NCBI GenBank assembly: GCA_951406725.2
Contig: OX597832.1
Location: 52,576,001-52,640,000 of the forward strand
Origin: Octopus vulgaris
Lineage: Eukaryota
Length of the DNA stretch: 64,000 bases
Reading direction: 5' to 3'
The first letter of the stretch is position 1. The number at the start of each line of letters is the position of its first letter. Of this stretch, positions 27,775 to 41,085 are shown piece by piece. The notes below the pieces were generated by a model. It was not told the DNA's origin. It did not search any database and saw nothing but the letters and a program-made list of their open reading frames with translations. The position numbers and the translations under genes are program-made.

Positions 27775-27810
<36 letters not shown>

Positions 27811-28113
27811 TATATAGGTATCTATATATGTATATACATATATAGGTATCTATATATTTAAACAAAAGACTGGAAAAATGTTGGTTATATATATGTATAT
27901 TTGTGTGTGTTTGTGTGTGTGTGTACGTATATTTATGTACATACATATATTTTTTTAGGATTATGTAAATAAGCAAAAAGAAACCTTGATTGTTTCAAGA
28001 CTCTTTTTGGAAACGGTAAACCTGAAACACAATAAGTTAAAGAAAAGATAACACATATCTTTGCAGAACATTTTCAATTCAACTAAAGTATTGTCATTTC
28101 TGTCTTCTTGCAG

Positions 28114-28467
28114 CTATTCAATCACTGGATTCTTTGAACGACCAAATTGTACAATACATCTTTCTGCCACGAGATGTCACTCTCGACTTGGACCGGGAAC
28201 TGTCTTCTCAAGAACATGAAACTCTACGCTCCTCTATGCTACTTATTCGGCGTTTGTTGATGGACGCCCAAAGCAAATTTCGGAAAATGGTCGAAGACAA
28301 TAAGCAGCTTGCAGCACGTATAGATGGCTCTATTCACTTGGCTAACCAAGAAGTAAATGCATTACGATCAGAACTTGCTAGTACCAACAAACGCCTCACA
28401 CAGATCACCAATGAAGGTTCTAAACCTAATCAACACCTTTTGCCTTTAACATTTCATGACAATGATT
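28114..28467 (+). CDS. KAZN: Kazrin homologue exon 2 (N-terminal coiled coil)
   Basis: Polypyrimidine-TTGCAG acceptor and GTAAGT donor at 28468. Encodes ...MVEDNKQLAARIDGSIHLANQEVNALRSELASTNKRL, matching from memory the vertebrate kazrin N-terminus MMEDNKQLALRIDGAVQSASQEVTNLRAELTATNRRL. Confidence 0.93.
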
Positions 28468-28539
28468 GTAAGTATACCTGTTACTATTTTAATTGCTGAT
28501 CCGTACTCAAATGTTCTGAAATATAGTTCTCTTACAATA

Positions 28540-28950
28540 TCTAGTATATAAAATCCGTTCTGTCTGTGTGTGTGTCTTCTAGGATCTTGGGCATCCTCCA
28601 TCCGATTGTGCTCAAATTTGATATGTAGATACTGACAGTATCAGGGCATGTATAAGTCTTGAAAATAATTACAAAAATCGATTCCAGGTGAGAATGCAAT
28701 CGATAAAGCCGTGGAAATATGCATTTGTATGCACAAGTACATCAGCTGTTGCGATCGATACTACACATACACCAGAAAATGCACATGCAGTTTGCACAAA
28801 AAAAGCCGGCCTGTTTGGTGTCTCAAATTTAGGCTAAATCAGTGTTTCTCAAAAGAGAGGCCTATGGGACGGTCAGACAAGTTGTTTTGAGAAAATTTGA
28901 TTTAAATGTTTGACAACTCAGCACCATCCATTGGACGAGGGGGGGGGTGT
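28540..28950 (+). mobile_element. 5' part of a Helitron-like element directly after exon 2
   Basis: Starts TCTAGTATATAAAATCCG..TCTGTCTGTGTGTG like the other Helitron-like 5' ends. No 3' end is seen before the mariner. Confidence 0.4.
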
Positions 28951-28957
28951 TTTGCTC

Positions 28958-29000
<43 letters not shown>

Positions 29001-29002
<2 letters not shown>

Positions 29003-30248
29003 AGGTGTATAAGATATTTGAGGACAAATTTATGTTAAAAAAAAAGGGAGATATATAATAACAGATAATAACTTATTTATCAAAAAATGTTATGAGGATG
29101 AAAATAAACCTTCTTTTCTATAATGTAATTCAATAAAGCTATCTTCAGCTTCAACAACTGCTTCTATATGAGATCTAAATCATCTACATGCTCGAATCAA
29201 GTGGTCCTGGTTCATTTTGGATATTACTCTGACTATGGCAGCTTTCAAAGAATCTTTGGTGTTATAGGTGTGTTCATTGACTTCTCTCTCAACAACACTC
29301 CACATGTAATAGTCCAATGGATTGAGATCTGGGGAATTAGGAGGCCAAATGTTAATGGTTATGTAATCATGAAAATCTTCACCCATCTATTCCTGTGTTA
29401 CTAGAGCCATGTGTGATAGTGCAGAGTCTTACTGAAATGCATATGGTCTTTCATTGCATACACTGTCTATCCAGGGCTTAACAGGACCTCAATGTAGGTG
29501 GCAGAGTTAACTCTAAGGCCTTGTGGAAAGAAGTAAGGAGGCATTACATGTCCTTCATTGCTGACAACCCCTAAAACCATGACAGTTGCAGGATATTTCG
29601 TATGCATAACATGTGGAACTTCAGAAGGGTCTGTCATCTGTCATTTCTTCTGTTAACTTTTTGATCTTGGTTGAAGTTTTTCTTGTTTGAGAAAAACCAA
29701 ATCAAATCTTCTTCTGCAGGACTTTTCAGTTTGTTTAAAAGTCTTTTAGATCTGATGTAGTGATTTTCTTTTGCTTTTTCTGACAAATTGACCTTTCCAC
29801 ATCATATAAGATTTATATCTGTTGTCTTTGGAGACAACATTTTAAACTGTTCCGTCTTACACATGGAGATCTTTTGCAATTGACCTCAAAGACTTTCTGG
29901 GATTGTAATCAATGGTCTGTTGAACTTGCTGGATAAATTCAGGTGTTTTGATGATTTCAGATCATTTACAATGCATTTTATGCCTTGATACTGGTAATAT
30001 GTTTCCATCTTCAGTCTCTGGCTCCTTACAAATTTTGTAGACGAAAGATCTTGCAACTTTTAAAAATCAAGATATTTCTAAACTGCCATGCTCAGCCTTT
30101 ATAATCACAATAACAACATGCCTCTTCATTTCATGAGTAAGCTGAGGGTTTGCCATTATTATTTTCTGAAATAAAGATTATAAAGAGTTAGCAAAAATTG
30201 CAGCAATGACCAGAAAAATGTATGTCCTCAAATACCTTACACACCCTG
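29001..30248 (-). mobile_element. Tc1/mariner-superfamily DNA transposon, near full length and decayed (probably DD37D/maT-like)
   Basis: Imperfect TIRs CAAGGTGTATAAGATATTTGAGGACA / TGTCCTCAAATACCTTACACACCCTG, about 1.25 kb. The minus-strand transposase starts near 30156 (MANPQLTHEMKRH...), has stops and frameshifts, and carries the motif WPPNSPDLNPLDYYMW. Confidence 0.9.
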
Positions 30249-30250
30249 CA

Positions 30251-30314
<64 letters not shown>

Positions 30315-30402
30315 ACTCTCCCATTGGTTTTGACATATGAGGCTAAATATATATGAGGATATATATATATATGAGGATATATATATATATATATATATAT
30401 AT

Positions 30403-30838
30403 AGGTACAGCCGTGGGTGTGTGGTAAGAAGCTTGCTTCCCAACTACAAGGTTCCAGGTTCAGTTCCACTGCATGGCTCCTTGGGCAAGTGTTTTCTACT
30501 ATAGCCTCAGGGCAGCCAAAGCCTTATGAGTGGATTTGGTAGACAGAATCTGAAAGAAGCCGTTTGTGTGTGTGTGTGTGTGTATGTATGTATGCATATA
30601 TATATGTTTGTGTATGTGTGTCTTTGTGTCTCTGTACCCCCCCCCCCCCATAACTGCTTGACAACCAGTGCTTGTGTGTTTACATCCCCATAACTAGTGG
30701 TTCAGCAAAAGAGACTGACGGAATAAGTCCTAGGCTTAAGAAATAAGTCCTGGGGTCGATTTGTTTGGCTAAAGCCCTTCAAGATGGTGCTCCAGCATGG
30801 CTGAAGTCAAATGACGGAAACAAATAAAAGAATAAAAG
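30403..30838 (+). mobile_element. Family A SINE
   Basis: Full-length copy with private variants (ACAAGG, CAGAATCTG). Confidence 0.82.
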
Positions 30839-30841
30839 TGT

Positions 30842-30891
<50 letters not shown>

Positions 30892-33310
30892 AAGTATATA
30901 TGTTTATGACTGACTGCTGGAGAAAAAGAGTACTTCATACCATAGTAGGGATTAATAGTATATTTATTTTGGTCAAGTCAGTCTCTTGCTACTCTGAGTT
31001 CCACCTGTGGGTACACAAGACCTCTTGGCAAGTTAGTACTTAACTTGCCTGGAAACCCTATATACTCATGGGGGAAACTCAGAGTAACAAGAGTCTGATT
31101 CATAAGAAACAATATTGTGTGTATGTGTGTGTGTGTGTGTGTGTGTGTTTTATTGTTTACATCTTCAAATAATTTGTCTTCATAATTTCACAAACCATTT
31201 CTCAAACCACTGTTGTTGGCATCCTTTTTGTCTCGGTGACAATGGAGTTGCGCATAAAATAATCTAGTCCGGCTTTTACATTTCATGTCCTAATACATTT
31301 CCTGCTGTGGCTGTGTAGTCCTATCCTGTACAAGGATAGGACTACACTAATTAGTTGATATTGATTAAACCTAAACCCAGTTTTTAAAGAGTGACAGGGA
31401 ATAGTCACTTCAGTTGATTCCAGTATAAAAAAGATTAAAATTTTCTTGGACATGATTTGAAATTAAAAGAAAAATAACTAGCTGCTCCAATTCATTTCTT
31501 TATGCTATCATAGAACAGATGTTACTAAGATGCCTTGTCTTTTAATTTTCGACTGCTGTGTAAGTGCAGGTACTGCAGAAATGGTGATAGCTATGAGCAT
31601 AGAGGCATGAAAGTAAAGACTACAAGACTTCACTGTCATGCACGCTTGAAAACAAAACTAAATAAAACAATAGAAAATGTAGAAATTAAGCAATGATAGC
31701 TCAAATTAAACCCCACTAAACTAATATTTTATATGAAATCTGCATACATCTTACTGTTTTAATATTTTTCCCACCTCATTTTCTCATGCTAATAACGGAA
31801 TTTGAAAATTCAAATATTTATTAATAGTTTGAGAATGTATTTTAAAGCTATTCTTTCAAGTTCCAAACATTGTGAGAAAGTCCAGTGGAAGTGTTTCAGT
31901 TTGGATTTTATGTTAAGTTATAGATGTTGGTAGTGTTACTTTTGATGGAAATGGGAATGTGAATAAGAAAATGTTGCAAGAAAGCAAGTGCATGGTTATT
32001 TCAATACAACTGATATTATTATATATTGAAGTTTAAAATTCAATTACATGCTGATTTTAAATTTTGGCACAAGGCCAGCAATTTCGGAGGGCGGGGTATT
32101 AAAAGTAGAAAGGCATGGCTGTGTGGTAAAAAGTTTGACTCCCAACCACATGGTTCCAGGTTTGATCCCATAGTGTGGCACCTTGGGACAAGTGTCTCCT
32201 ACTACAGCCCTGGGCCTACCAGTGCACTGTGAGTGGATTTGGTAGACAAAAACATTATGTGTGTGTCCACATCACCATTGCTTGATAACCAGTGTTGGTT
32301 TGTTTACATCCCCATAACTTAGCAGTTTAGTAATAGAGACTGATAGAATAAGTATCAAACTTAAAAAATAAGAACTGGGGTAATTTACTTTTTTTTTTTA
32401 ATCTCACAACGTGAGATATTCAGCAACAATACTTTGTAGTGAAGATTGTTTGCCAACATAACATGGCAGTCCTGGTTTAGGACTAATGTTGCTGTAATTT
32501 AGCCCCAGGAGACATTGTTTCCAGCTGGCTATACAACACGATCTGTGTCCTTACATTTTCCCTTGTTTCCCAACCACAAGGTTCCAGGTTCAGTTCCACT
32601 GCATGGCACCTAGGGGAAGTGTTTTCTACTATAGCCTCAGAGCAACCAAAGCCTTATGAGTGGATTTGGTTGACAGAATCTGAAAGAAGCCATTTGTGTA
32701 TGTGTGTGTGTGGGTGGGTATGTATGCATGCATGTATGTATGTATATATGTATGTGTATGTGTGTCTTTGTGTCTCTGTTTTTCCCTTGTTTGAAAATGT
32801 AAGGACACAGATAGCCAGCTGGAGACGATGTCTCCTGGGGCTAAATTACAGCAACATTAGTCCTAAACCAGGACTGGTGTCAATTTGTTGACTAAACCAC
32901 TTCAAGGTGGTGCCCCAGCATGGCCACAGACTAATAAGTAATACAAGTAAAAGATAAAAGATAAGATATGTTTGCAATGCATTTTCTTTTTAAAGCCTTG
33001 ACTATTCACTTTGAAGATTTTTATGTCTGTTCCTCAAGAATATAACAGAAACACCGTTCCACCTATTAGTATCATTTTTGTTTTCTTTTTCGTTAGATTA
33101 CATTCTACCGTTATCCTAAGATCACGTATCGCACTCTATAAAAGAAACTTATGCTATAAACAACTGTTTGCAGAATTTCATTTGTATCTAGCATACCAAT
33201 TTCTCTCTAGAAGAGTCAGGAACATTAACTGAATTTTCAGAATTTATCTACAACTTTTAGTAGTTCTTCAACACAACCCTTTGTTTTTGCAAAGTGTTTG
33301 TATGTACATA

Positions 33311-33427
<117 letters not shown>

Positions 33428-33533
33428 CTATATATATATATATATATACATATATATATACACATATATATACACATATATATATATATACATACACATA
33501 TATATACATATATATATATACATATATATATAC

Positions 33534-33564
<31 letters not shown>

Positions 33565-33581
33565 CATATATACATATACAT

Positions 33582-33683
<102 letters not shown>

Positions 33684-34021
33684 CTTGGTTTACCAAAGTA
33701 GCTTCTTGTAAGTTGTTTGTCAGCCTGCCAACAATTCTATTACTTATCTCATCTAACAGCTCGTCTTAAGAAAATAGTCTTTCTACTTTTTCTGAACAGG
33801 ACCACCTTCTTATATATACAAGGACTAAGCAGGATCTCTGTTTTAAACCACTGCATCTAATTCTCTAGTTTATTAAGCTTTCTACTAGTTGATTCTTTCC
33901 CTGTAGTTGGAGATCTCTCATGAATTCTGCCAGGGAAAGCTATAACACAATGCTCTTCTTTGACAGCTTCACATTTCAGTGGAACTACTCATCTTTGGAA
34001 AACCTCTATGCATTGTTGAGT

Positions 34022-34411
34022 GAAGGTGCACTGCTTAGTGGTTAGGGTATATTTAGTTCATGGTTGGAACCTCCCGAGTTCAACTCCTATCGATGCAGTG
34101 TGTCCTTCAGCAAGACACTTTATTTCACATTGCTCCAGTCCAGGACTCAGCTGGCAAAAATGAGTTGTACCTGTATTTAAAATAGCCAGCTTTGTTGAAT
34201 TTTGTGTCACACTGAATCTTCCTGGGAACTACATTAAGGGTACACAAAGGTGTAGGAGTGGCTGTGTGGTAAGTAGCTTGCTTACGAACAACATGGTTCT
34301 AGGTTCAGTCCCACTACGTGGCACCTTGGGCAAGTGTCTTCTACTATAGCCTTGGGCCGACTAAAGCTTTGAGTGGATTTGGTAGACGGAAACTGAAAGA
34401 AGCCCGTTGTA

Positions 34412-34460
<49 letters not shown>

Positions 34461-34765
34461 ATGTGTGTGTCTGTGTTTGTCCCCCCAGCATCGCTTGACA
34501 ACCGATGCTGGTGTGTTTACATCCCCATAACTTGGCAGTTCAGCAAAAGAGACCGATAGAATAAGTACTAGGCTTACAAAGAATAAGTCCTGGGGTCGAT
34601 TTGCTCGACTAAAGGCGGTGCTCCAGCATGGCCACAGTCACGTGACAGAAACAAGTAAAAGAGTAAAGAGTATACTTGTGGAATACCCACCCATTTGCAG
34701 GTTAATTTCACAAGAAGGCTGTTCCATTTATCAGATCAACTGGAACCCTCATCTTCATAACCAAC
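34022..34765 (+). mobile_element. Older tRNA-derived SINE (TGTGTCCTT..GCAAGACACTT core) with a family A SINE nested at 34248-34670
   Basis: The flanks match the reverse complement of 15870-16190; the family A copy sits in the middle. Confidence 0.7.
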
Positions 34766-35417
34766 CGAGCGCCACTTCTGTTTTCTTATGTATTGTTGAA
34801 TTGGCTCCCATTGCAGAGTCTATTTAAATGTTTCTGAAAATACTGAAAACCTGGAAGAAAAATCTTTAGATATCTTGAACCAGGATATCTAAGGGCCTTT
34901 TTTGGCAATGGTTAAAGTAACTTACAAATAAGAGAAATTATAAAATCCCAGAGTCATTTGAGAAGTATCTTTACTTGAAAGGGAATTGATCAGGAATTGT
35001 TACTATCCAGCTGTAGAAACACTGCTTGATCAAACTGGGCCTGGCACAGCCTACTGGCTCCCCAGACCCCAGTTGAACCATCCAACCCATGCTAGCATGG
35101 AAAACGGACATTAAACGATGATGATGATGATGAGTATTCAGTGCAAGAAATGAAGATGCTGTGGAACCCCTGGTAGAGGAACGGGGGAACCAGAAATTCA
35201 GATGTAACAGAAATAAAGAGGCGTAGTTCAAAATTGGAGTAAACATCTGATGAAGTTCATGAACTGGTCAAATATCTCACTAGAGGTAGTTCATAGTTTC
35301 TATTATACCAGTGATTTAATTGGGGCTCAAGGTTATTGTAGAAACAATGGTATATGACGAGAATATGCAAGTGTACCAGGTGAAAAACTATTGGCAGAGA
35401 AGATAGGAAAAAATTGA

Positions 35418-35460
<43 letters not shown>

Positions 35461-36029
35461 AAGAGGTCAGGTATTTGTGGTCAGAGATAACAGAAACTTA
35501 TGAGGAGCAATGATATACTATATGGCCAACTCATCTAACCCATGCCAGCATTAGAAACATGTTTACAAACCTCAAATCATGTATAAGATGTGCTAGGGCA
35601 AACAAAAGAAATCTTACACATATCATGCAGAGTAATCATATATCAAAACAGAAACTGAAAGCATTTTTGGTATTATATAATCACCATTACACATGTTTCA
35701 TTTGATAATAATAAGAGTTACAAAACTGTACATGCTGGAAAAACATGTGAGATATCTCGTATTAGAAATTTGTGCAACTTGTAATCAATTAATAACATAT
35801 ACATCTCTCTCTCTCCCACTCTTTCTCTCGTATATATATATATATATATAGTTAATCCAAACATGAAAAATAATATATTATTATTATTAATATATAAGGA
35901 AGTCAATATTGAACTCATCATAAAGATATACCCGTGTGAAAGGCCTTATTGTATCAAAAATATAAATATAAACATAATGTATAAGATAAATTTGATAGTT
36001 TAAAAGTTTTGAATTAATTTTTTAAGCAT

Positions 36030-36075
<46 letters not shown>

Positions 36076-36272
36076 TATACAACTGAATAAAACAGAGTCA
36101 CGAAGGTGTATGGTTAGACAGCTATTTAATAAACACTACATGTTTCGATACATCATAGATACACATATACACAAGACTTGGAAGTACACAACAATACTAC
36201 CGGATATTTGGTAATTCTAAGGGTGAACGAACTCTATTTTGTACTCTGCTACATTCCTAACGGAATACACCT

Positions 36273-36324
<52 letters not shown>

Positions 36325-37591
36325 TACAACAGGCTTCTTTCAGTTTCCGTCTACCAAATCCACTCACAAGGCTATTGTAGAAGACACTTGCCCAAGGTGC
36401 CACGCAGTGGGACTGAACCCAGAACCATGTGGTTGGTAAGCAAGCTACTTACCACACAGCCACTCCTACACCTATGGTGTATTTCCAATATATTTAATAT
36501 AATTTAATAAAATATATTTATTGCATAATCATTCATCTAACACAATATATTTCATTGAGTTAATGATTATGGAATAAATGTATTTCGTGTGTGTGTGTGT
36601 GTATGTGTGTGTATACAGACACACTCACCTGTATTTAGGAGAGAGAAATGATAAAATATATAAGTGTGTCAGTGAGAGTAATAAAAACAAGTGGTAGTAA
36701 ATAGAATAGCTGAAAGAAGATAAAATGAAATACAAGAAGAAAATGGAGCAAAGTTTGAAATAAAAACATTAAGAATTTCTGAAAAGAATAAAAAATAAAC
36801 CTAGTTGTATTTGACAGGTACTATACTAGTATGTATGTATGCATGCATACCTGCTTGTCTATTTGTATGTATGTATGTATGTAGGTATGTCTATATGTTT
36901 GTATGTCTGCATGTATGCTGGCATATATGCATGCATGCAAGTGAAAAATAAATCTCAGGCTTCTGGCTTGTAGATTATGAAATTTCTACATTTTAAGTTT
37001 GGCATTTGTTTCCTAGATCAGCCTCATGACTCTCCTTACATAAACAAAATACACAAACATGACCACTTAACATACTTCTCTTATACATGTGAGGTTGCAT
37101 GTTTAAAAAAAGAAATCAGTATATTTAGCTCAAATGTGACAGCGCAGTGCTGGATAGATGGGTGTGTACGTGCAGTTGCAGAGAATAATAACAATTATTA
37201 TTATTGTTGCAGCAAGCAAATAGTAAGTCTGTTGCAGCTGGTATATAGCTAAATCTGTTGCAACTGGCATATGGCAAAGAGAATTCATTCCTGTGGTTTT
37301 AATTCCTAGTTGAAACCAGATCAGTTGTGATATTTATGTTCTTAAAGAAAGACATGATGAGTACAAACATCAAAATCTGCCACCCCTTAAAAAAACAGAG
37401 CTTTTAGATTAAAGTAGAATAAACTTTTATTGCTGTTTTTTTTTTCTGCTTTTATCGTAAACAATATAAATTTTATGAGATTCATTTCTTGAATCTTATT
37501 CTTTTGAAATTTCAATCAGTGCATTTTTCTAAGCAATTTTACTGTTGCTTAACAAACATTGTCAAGTAGATATATTAGTTTGGAATCATAT

Positions 37592-37678
37592 TTATCCATC
37601 TATCTGTCTGTCTGTCCATCCATCTGTCTATCTATCTATCCATCCACCCATCCATCCATCCATCCGTCTATCTGTCTG

Positions 37679-37761
<83 letters not shown>

Positions 37762-37975
37762 GTCTGTCTGTCTGTTTACCTATCTATCCATCCGTCTATC
37801 TATCCATCCGTCTACCTATCTATCCATCCGTCTACCTATCTATCCATCCGTCTAGCTATTTATCCATCCGTCTGTCTATCTATCTATCCATCCGTCTACC
37901 TATCCATCTATCTATCTATCCATCCATCCATCCATCCGTCCGTCCGTCCGTCTATCTATCTATCTATCTAGCTAT
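37592..37975. repeat. (TATC)n/(CATC)n tetranucleotide microsatellite
   Basis: Directly visible. Confidence 0.95.
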
Positions 37976-38341
37976 ACACACACACACTGTTTGTTTTTAT
38001 GTTATGATAAAAACAATTTTACACTAAACCGAAGGATTACGCAATGTATTTGGCAGAGTACAAATTTATTATTCTTTAACAAGACCAGTGTTGACAGTGA
38101 CTTCAAAAATTTAGGCCAGAGGGTAATTCAACAGAACTCAAGTTACCCTAGAAAATTTTAACTTAACAAAGACTATATAAAGCTAAGAGAACGTATACAT
38201 TTATGATTGTAGAAAAATTACTCTAAATGTATTTTTGGATTATTCTAGAATAATAATAAAACTTTAGAAGGTGTTATTTTAATATATTTTAATGAAAATA
38301 TAGCTTTCCTTGTTTATTCTGAACACTTCCTTTGCTCAAAA

Positions 38342-38414
<73 letters not shown>

Positions 38415-38799
38415 AAAGGGAAAAAGACGGTTGTGATGAGGTGTCAGGGCATACCCTCAGGTTACAAGAAGGTGAATATAAGAAAGAAGAGGGCCAGAGC
38501 ATTGAGGATGGTCAGATGGGTATGTTTGTTAGAGTGTTGAAAGGGAGTAATAGGCATGGGACAAGAAAATTTATATATACATATATATAAATTTATATAA
38601 ATATATTATATATATACAAATAAGAAAATGGAGAAACAAATTCATCTCGTTCATCAGCTTACGGATATTACAATTTTACATTATTTATTAATTATACAAA
38701 TGAGAACAGTATATTGGATAACTGATATCCCATAGTGAGTTGCATTCATAACCCCTATCTTACTTTGTACTATATATATATATATATATATATGTACTA

Positions 38800-38970
38800 T
38801 ATGAGATAATACATGTGTAAATGAGATAACATATTTTGTAACTGAGATAACATATATGCTATATATATATATAAATGAGATAACATATTATATAAATAAG
38901 ATGACATATATAAATGAGTTGATATATATTATATAAATGAGATAGTACATTTAGTATATGAGGTAATATG
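38800..38970 (+). repeat. Degenerate ATGAGATAACATAT minisatellite
   Basis: ATGAGATAA-type motif recurs about every 20-35 bp. Confidence 0.75.
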
Positions 38971-38981
38971 TATATTCATTA

Positions 38982-39414
38982 GGCGCAGGAGTAGCTGTGT
39001 GGTAACAACATTTACTCGGACTTTTCAACCGATTTCAAGCAAACTTAAAGTATGTCAATCACACATGCTTGCTTATCAACCACATGGTTCCAGGTTCATT
39101 CCCACTGCGTGGCACCTTGGACAAATGTCTTCTCAGGACGACCAAAGCCTTGTGAGTGGATTTGGTAGATGGAAACTGAAAGAAGCCTATCGTATATATG
39201 TATGTGTGTGTATATGTGTGTGTCTCTGTTTATCCCCCAACATCGCTTGACAACCGATGGTGGTGTGTTTACGTCCCCATTACTTAGCGGTTCGGCAAAA
39301 GAGTCCGATAGAATAAGTACTAGGCTTCCAAAGAATAAGTCCTGGGGTTGATTTGCTTGACTAAAAGTGGTGCTCCAGCATGGCCACAGTCAAATGACTG
39401 AAACAAGTAAAAGA

Positions 39415-39415
<1 letters not shown>
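38982..39415 (+). mobile_element. Family A SINE with a 60-bp foreign insert in the head
   Basis: Consensus interrupted at about 39006-39066. Confidence 0.8.
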
Positions 39416-39453
<38 letters not shown>

Positions 39454-39516
39454 ATTGAAATGCTTAGTGTATTTCATCTGTCTTCTTGTTAAATTCTCCT
39501 CAGGGCGATACTGCTA

Positions 39517-39552
<36 letters not shown>

Positions 39553-40240
39553 GCCAGGTGAAATGCTTAGTGGTATTTCATCTGTCTTCTGTGTTCAAAT
39601 TCTGCCGAGGTCAACTTAGCCTTTCAAGCTTTCGGGTTCAATAAATTAAGTACCAGTTGTATACCTGGGTCAATCTAATTGATTGCCCCCCTCCCCCAAA
39701 ATTTCAGGCCTTGTGCCTAGAATAGAAAAGATTATATAATTATATATTGCGTGTGTGTATATATATAACTGTATAATATAAATGAATAGAAAATAACACA
39801 GATGGCCATATTTCTCCTAGCATAGGCCATGCTGAAATGTTTGTGTTTTTTAGCATCTTTTTATGGGTCAAGGTTATTTTCCCTTGATTTTGCTTTCGTA
39901 GCTATTTGTTATTGTTGTGTGAGGGAGAACAACTTTGTGTGATTATTTATCCTTTTACTGGTGTTAACCATTAAACCCCTGCCATCCTGGGGCACCATTT
40001 TCATAGGTTTAGTCAATCACTAAATTTAATAATACCGCTTGTAGTCTAGTACCTATTTATCGATGTCTGTTTGTCGAGCCACTAAGTTATGGAATGTAAA
40101 TGGCTTCAAATTACACACACATACACACACATACACGCACACACATATGTAATAGGCTTCTGTACAGTCTCCATCTACTAATTTTGACTCACAAGGTATT
40201 TGTTGACTTCGGGCAAAGGAAGAAGACATTTTCCCAAAAT

Positions 40241-40242
<2 letters not shown>

Positions 40243-40324
<82 letters not shown>

Positions 40325-40367
40325 TGTGTGTGTGTGCGTTTGTGTGTGTGTGTATGTTGTGTGTGTT

Positions 40368-40451
<84 letters not shown>
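40243..40451. repeat. (GT)n microsatellite
   Basis: Directly visible. Confidence 0.95.
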
Positions 40452-40453
<2 letters not shown>

Positions 40454-40775
40454 TCCACATGCCTTCATACTGACATCACCTGTGCTGTGACAAGTGCTTG
40501 CTGATGTCCTGCAGCTCTGTGATTCATGGTACAAAGGCCAGTGAAATAAAGCACACTTTTTCTTTTTTTTTTTTTGCTATGGTTCACATCAAGAAAGGAA
40601 TCAGGCCATTGAATACTGCTTTAAGATGACATCTCATCCAACCCATGGCCTACATGGAAAAAGCAAAAAAAAAAAAACGAACAGTCATACTACATAGTCA
40701 TCATCATCATCATCATCGTTGCCATTTTACACATATACATGTGTGTGTGTCTGTGTGTGTGTGTGTCTCTGTGTG

Positions 40776-41085
40776 TGCACACGTTAAGTCTCATACGTGT
40801 TTGTGTGTGTGTGTGTGTGAGTGTGTGTGTGTGTGTGCACACGTTAAGTCTCATACGTGTGTGTGTGTGTGTGTGTGTGCACATGTTAAGTCTCATACGT
40901 GTTTGTGTATGTGTGTGTGTGTGTGCACACGTTAAGTCTCATACGTGTGTGTGTGTGTGTGCACATGTTAAGTCTCATACGTGTTTGTGTGTGTGTGTGC
41001 ACACGTGTGTGTGTGTGTGTGTGCACACGTTAAGTCTCATGCGTGTTTGTGTGTGTGTGTGCACACATTAAGTCTCATACGTGTG
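40776..41085 (+). repeat. Minisatellite: GCACACGTTAAGTCTCATACGTGT cassette in variable (GT)n
   Basis: About seven cassettes at approximately 40777, 40837, 40879, 40924, 40961, 41023 and 41061. Confidence 0.9.

Noticed and set aside
29180-29386. Active transposase gene
   Set aside because: The mariner-family ORFs here and at 55612-55898 are frameshifted or internally deleted.
37050-37350. Unique island with E-box-like motifs as a possible internal promoter or exon
   Set aside because: No convincing in-phase exon or homology, so it cannot be supported from sequence alone.
40776-41085. CRISPR-like repeat-spacer look
   Set aside because: The spacers are only (GT)n, the context is a eukaryotic intron, and there are no cas genes.
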